Below, one piece after another: positions 29,995-32,265 of a stretch of 32,265 nt of DNA (its first letter is position 1; each line of letters opens with the position of its first letter). The translations under genes and the position numbers were made by a program. The notes beneath the pieces are model-generated. The model did no database searches and had not been told where the DNA came from. It saw only the letters and a list, made by a program, of their open reading frames with translations. The stretch comes from Fibrobacteria bacterium (GTDB taxonomy: Bacteria; Fibrobacterota; Fibrobacteria; UBA11236), in NCBI GenBank assembly GCA_043732185.1, contig JAYTHY010000071.1, positions 1-32,265 of the forward strand, given 5' to 3'.

Positions 29995-32265
29995 TCAATT
30001 AATCACATTTGCGAAGGGTTCACCATCCCGGAATAGAATGGGATTCTTTCGCGTTCCGGGAATGCGGGCACCCGATGAAATAATTCCCTGCAAGTTGGCT
30101 GGATCGGCTGCGGATAAAACTATGGTTTTCCCGGACATCGGTGTTTTCCTAACTTGACGCAGCAAAGCCAAGGCTTCTGGCAAGGCAAACTGCTCTCCAT
30201 TCTGCCCCTCCACAAATCGACCACCACGAATTTCCCCTCGCGCTTCCAACGTGCGCAAGGTTCGGACCAAATCCCACCAAGGGGGCATCAAATTTTCCCG
30301 GTCGGCAAGCTTACGGAAAACCACCCCATATCGATTCAACAGTATGCGGGCAAAGGTTTCCAAACCATTAGGTTCTAGGCCTGAGACGGGTACTCGGCTG
30401 GATATGGAAATTAACGACCATCGCCCCGCTTTATCGAGATTGTTTTGCTGTGTCCCAGAAACCAGATTTTCGGATTTCAATAGGGCTCGCAGCCCGCGAA
30501 AGCCATCCGAAGTGAGCCAACCCAAGGAGACCAGCTCAGATATGCCATCTCGAGCTTCCGATGCCGTCAACCCAGTATCCCAGAGGATATCCTTCCAAAA
30601 ACACGCACCCCGGTCTTGAATATGTTTCAGAATACGTCTGGCAATTCCCGGAATGTCTCGATGTTCCGTTCGCATGGTTTCCGAAAGCCAAAGGGGCACA
30701 TTCTCTCGTCCCAAAAAGGCAATGGGAGTAGTTTTAATGGGCCCGGACATTCGACCTTCTGCATTGTGGATGGGAATACTCGCGCGAACTCGCGCTCTTG
30801 CTCGCGCCCAGATAAAATTACCGGATAAGCCTTGAAGATCCAGCCAACCGGGTTCATAGTGGGCTAAACGCGCGGGCAGGATTTCACTTTCCCAAGCCGC
30901 ACAGGGTGCTTCAAAACCTTCGAGACGCGTGAGTATGGCCTCCACGGCTTCCGGTCCATGCGGCATCACCGGATCCGCAGTGTCCAGCCCATGCCATGAG
31001 AACAGAAAGCGTTGGTACTCGGTGGTGGATACCGGTTCGATTTCTTTACGCAGGCGTGACAAAGTGTATCTGTGAATACGTGCCAGCAAGCGACGCTCGC
31101 ACCATTCGATCGCCACAGCGTTGGTATTAAATCGGCCGCGCAGGATAAATCCTTCCTGCTCTAAGGCGAATAAAGCCTGTTCGATCCGGCCTGCAGGGAC
31201 ACGCAGCGATTCGGCCAAATCAGATTGCACAACGGGCCCCAGGGATTCCATACGACCTCGAATGAGTTCCACCAGAGCTTCTTCCTCCGACCAGATGCCC
31301 GGAGTTGCCGTACCGCTGGGCAAAATTCCGACACCCGTTGGTAGAATCGGTTGGAAAAAATTTGCAGCTTTTGGAAAGGCTGCGTGCGCCTGTGCCAGCC
31401 GCTCTGAGGCCACCCAAATAGGGGGCGGAGCGGCATCATTGGCCACCAATAATGCGCCAGTGCGATTGTCGGCCATCAAGATTTCCAAATACTGCCGCCA
31501 ATTTGAGCCATACTCAATTTCAGCGTCCGTTAAATAGCCGGTTAGCATCAAAGCGTCGTGCAAGTCATCGGGGCCATTGACCTGAGGCCAAGCTTCAGCG
31601 CGCACGGCGGCTATGGCCAGTGGATCGAGACGACCCAAATCACCTGCTTTGGCCGGGTCCAAATGACGACGGCTCTGAATAGCGCGGGTGCGACGTTCTT
31701 CAAGCGGAGCATCGTCTAGAAAAGCGTAGGGCCGAGCATTGATGATTTCCTGGGACAAAGGCGACGGCTCCTTGAGATCCCGGGCTTCCAATTGCAGTCT
31801 ACCGGCTTCGATATCGGCCAGTACCTGTTCCAACCCTTCGATATTCATGGCTTCATGGAGGCAATCGGAAATAGTTTGCCGGACCAATGGATGATCGGGC
31901 ACCTCGCGTTCACCTTGGATATTTTCGAAGCAGGCTTTCTGATCAGGAAAAACCAAGGCAACCAGATCTTCCGCCGCCATGCGCTGAAGTTGGGGGGGCA
32001 CCTTTTTACCGTTGCGATTGCGCTGCAGGGCTAGAGCTCGGGTTGCGTTCCATCGCCAACGCACTTCAAACATGGGCGCGTCAAGCAATGCCTGAATAAG
32101 AATGTGACGTACCGAACCGGATCGCAGATATTGGAACACTTCTTCCAAAGGAAAGCTATGCGTGGCACCAAGGGAAAGGATGATTCCCTCTTCCGTTGCC
32201 GCAGCCTGCAATTCGAAATTGAACTTGCGGCAGAAGCGCTTGCGAAGGGCCAATCCCCAAGCTCG
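29995..32265 (-). CDS. lhr: Lhr-like DEAD/DEAH-box helicase, C-terminal part (5' end lies outside the window)
   Basis: RWRWNATRAL, PSPLSQEI, YAFLDDAPLEERR, EWCERRLLARIHR, LLNRYGVVFR, LEARGEIRGGRFV, SAADPANL; the frame stays open to the window edge. Confidence 0.88.
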   Translation of the reverse strand, partial: RAWGLALRKRFCRKFNFELQAAATEEGIILSLGATHSFPLEEVFQYLRSGSVRHILIQALLDAPMFEVRWRWNATRALALQRNRNGKKVPPQLQRMAAEDLVALVFPDQKACFENIQGEREVPDHPLVRQTISDCLHEAMNIEGLEQVLADIEAGRLQLEARDLKEPSPLSQEIINARPYAFLDDAPLEERRTRAIQSRRHLDPAKAGDLGRLDPLAIAAVRAEAWPQVNGPDDLHDALMLTGYLTDAEIEYGSNWRQYLEILMADNRTGALLVANDAAPPPIWVASERLAQAHAAFPKAANFFQPILPTGVGILPSGTATPGIWSEEEALVELIRGRMESLGPVVQSDLAESLRVPAGRIEQALFALEQEGFILRGRFNTNAVAIEWCERRLLARIHRYTLSRLRKEIEPVSTTEYQRFLFSWHGLDTADPVMPHGPEAVEAILTRLEGFEAPCAAWESEILPARLAHYEPGWLDLQGLSGNFIWARARARVRASIPIHNAEGRMSGPIKTTPIAFLGRENVPLWLSETMRTEHRDIPGIARRILKHIQDRGACFWKDILWDTGLTASEARDGISELVSLGWLTSDGFRGLRALLKSENLVSGTQQNNLDKAGRWSLISISSRVPVSGLEPNGLETFARILLNRYGVVFRKLADRENLMPPWWDLVRTLRTLEARGEIRGGRFVEGQNGEQFALPEALALLRQVRKTPMSGKTIVLSAADPANLQGIISSGARIPGTRKNPILFRDGEPFANVIN

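Noticed and set aside
30779..30810. Arg-Ala dipeptide run (ARARARVRA) in the Lhr-like gene
   Set aside because: Short low-complexity linker with mixed codons; not a true tandem repeat

Overview
Gene-dense bacterial window, most likely from a Fibrobacterota-like (FCB group) genome. That placement is inferred from a TIGR02147-type gene and shared short C-terminal tails on secreted enzymes. Left (130-9222): an AT-rich chemosensory cluster (hpt, cheA, cheW, mcp, cheR, cheD, cheY, cheX, cheB). Its CheA has two His-bearing Hpt domains and a tandem MshEN-like (c-di-GMP-binding) motif. Middle (9280-24430): an 8-heme cytochrome c/HEAT/TPR lipoprotein, a frameshifted peptidoglycan-binding/M15-type peptidase remnant, two Cys-type sulfatases flanking ychJ, a TIGR02147-type gene coupled to an apparently frameshifted ThuA-domain lipoprotein gene, and three tandem GH29 fucosidases, two of them colinear duplicates. 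Right (24503-32265): fatty-acid hydroxylase/desaturase, outer-membrane barrel and FlgD-like lipoprotein genes, a GAF/PAS histidine kinase with an OmpR-type regulator, and the 3' part of an Lhr-like helicase cut by the window edge. No RNA genes, CRISPR arrays or mobile elements were recognised. All family calls come from motif recognition by eye, not from database searches.
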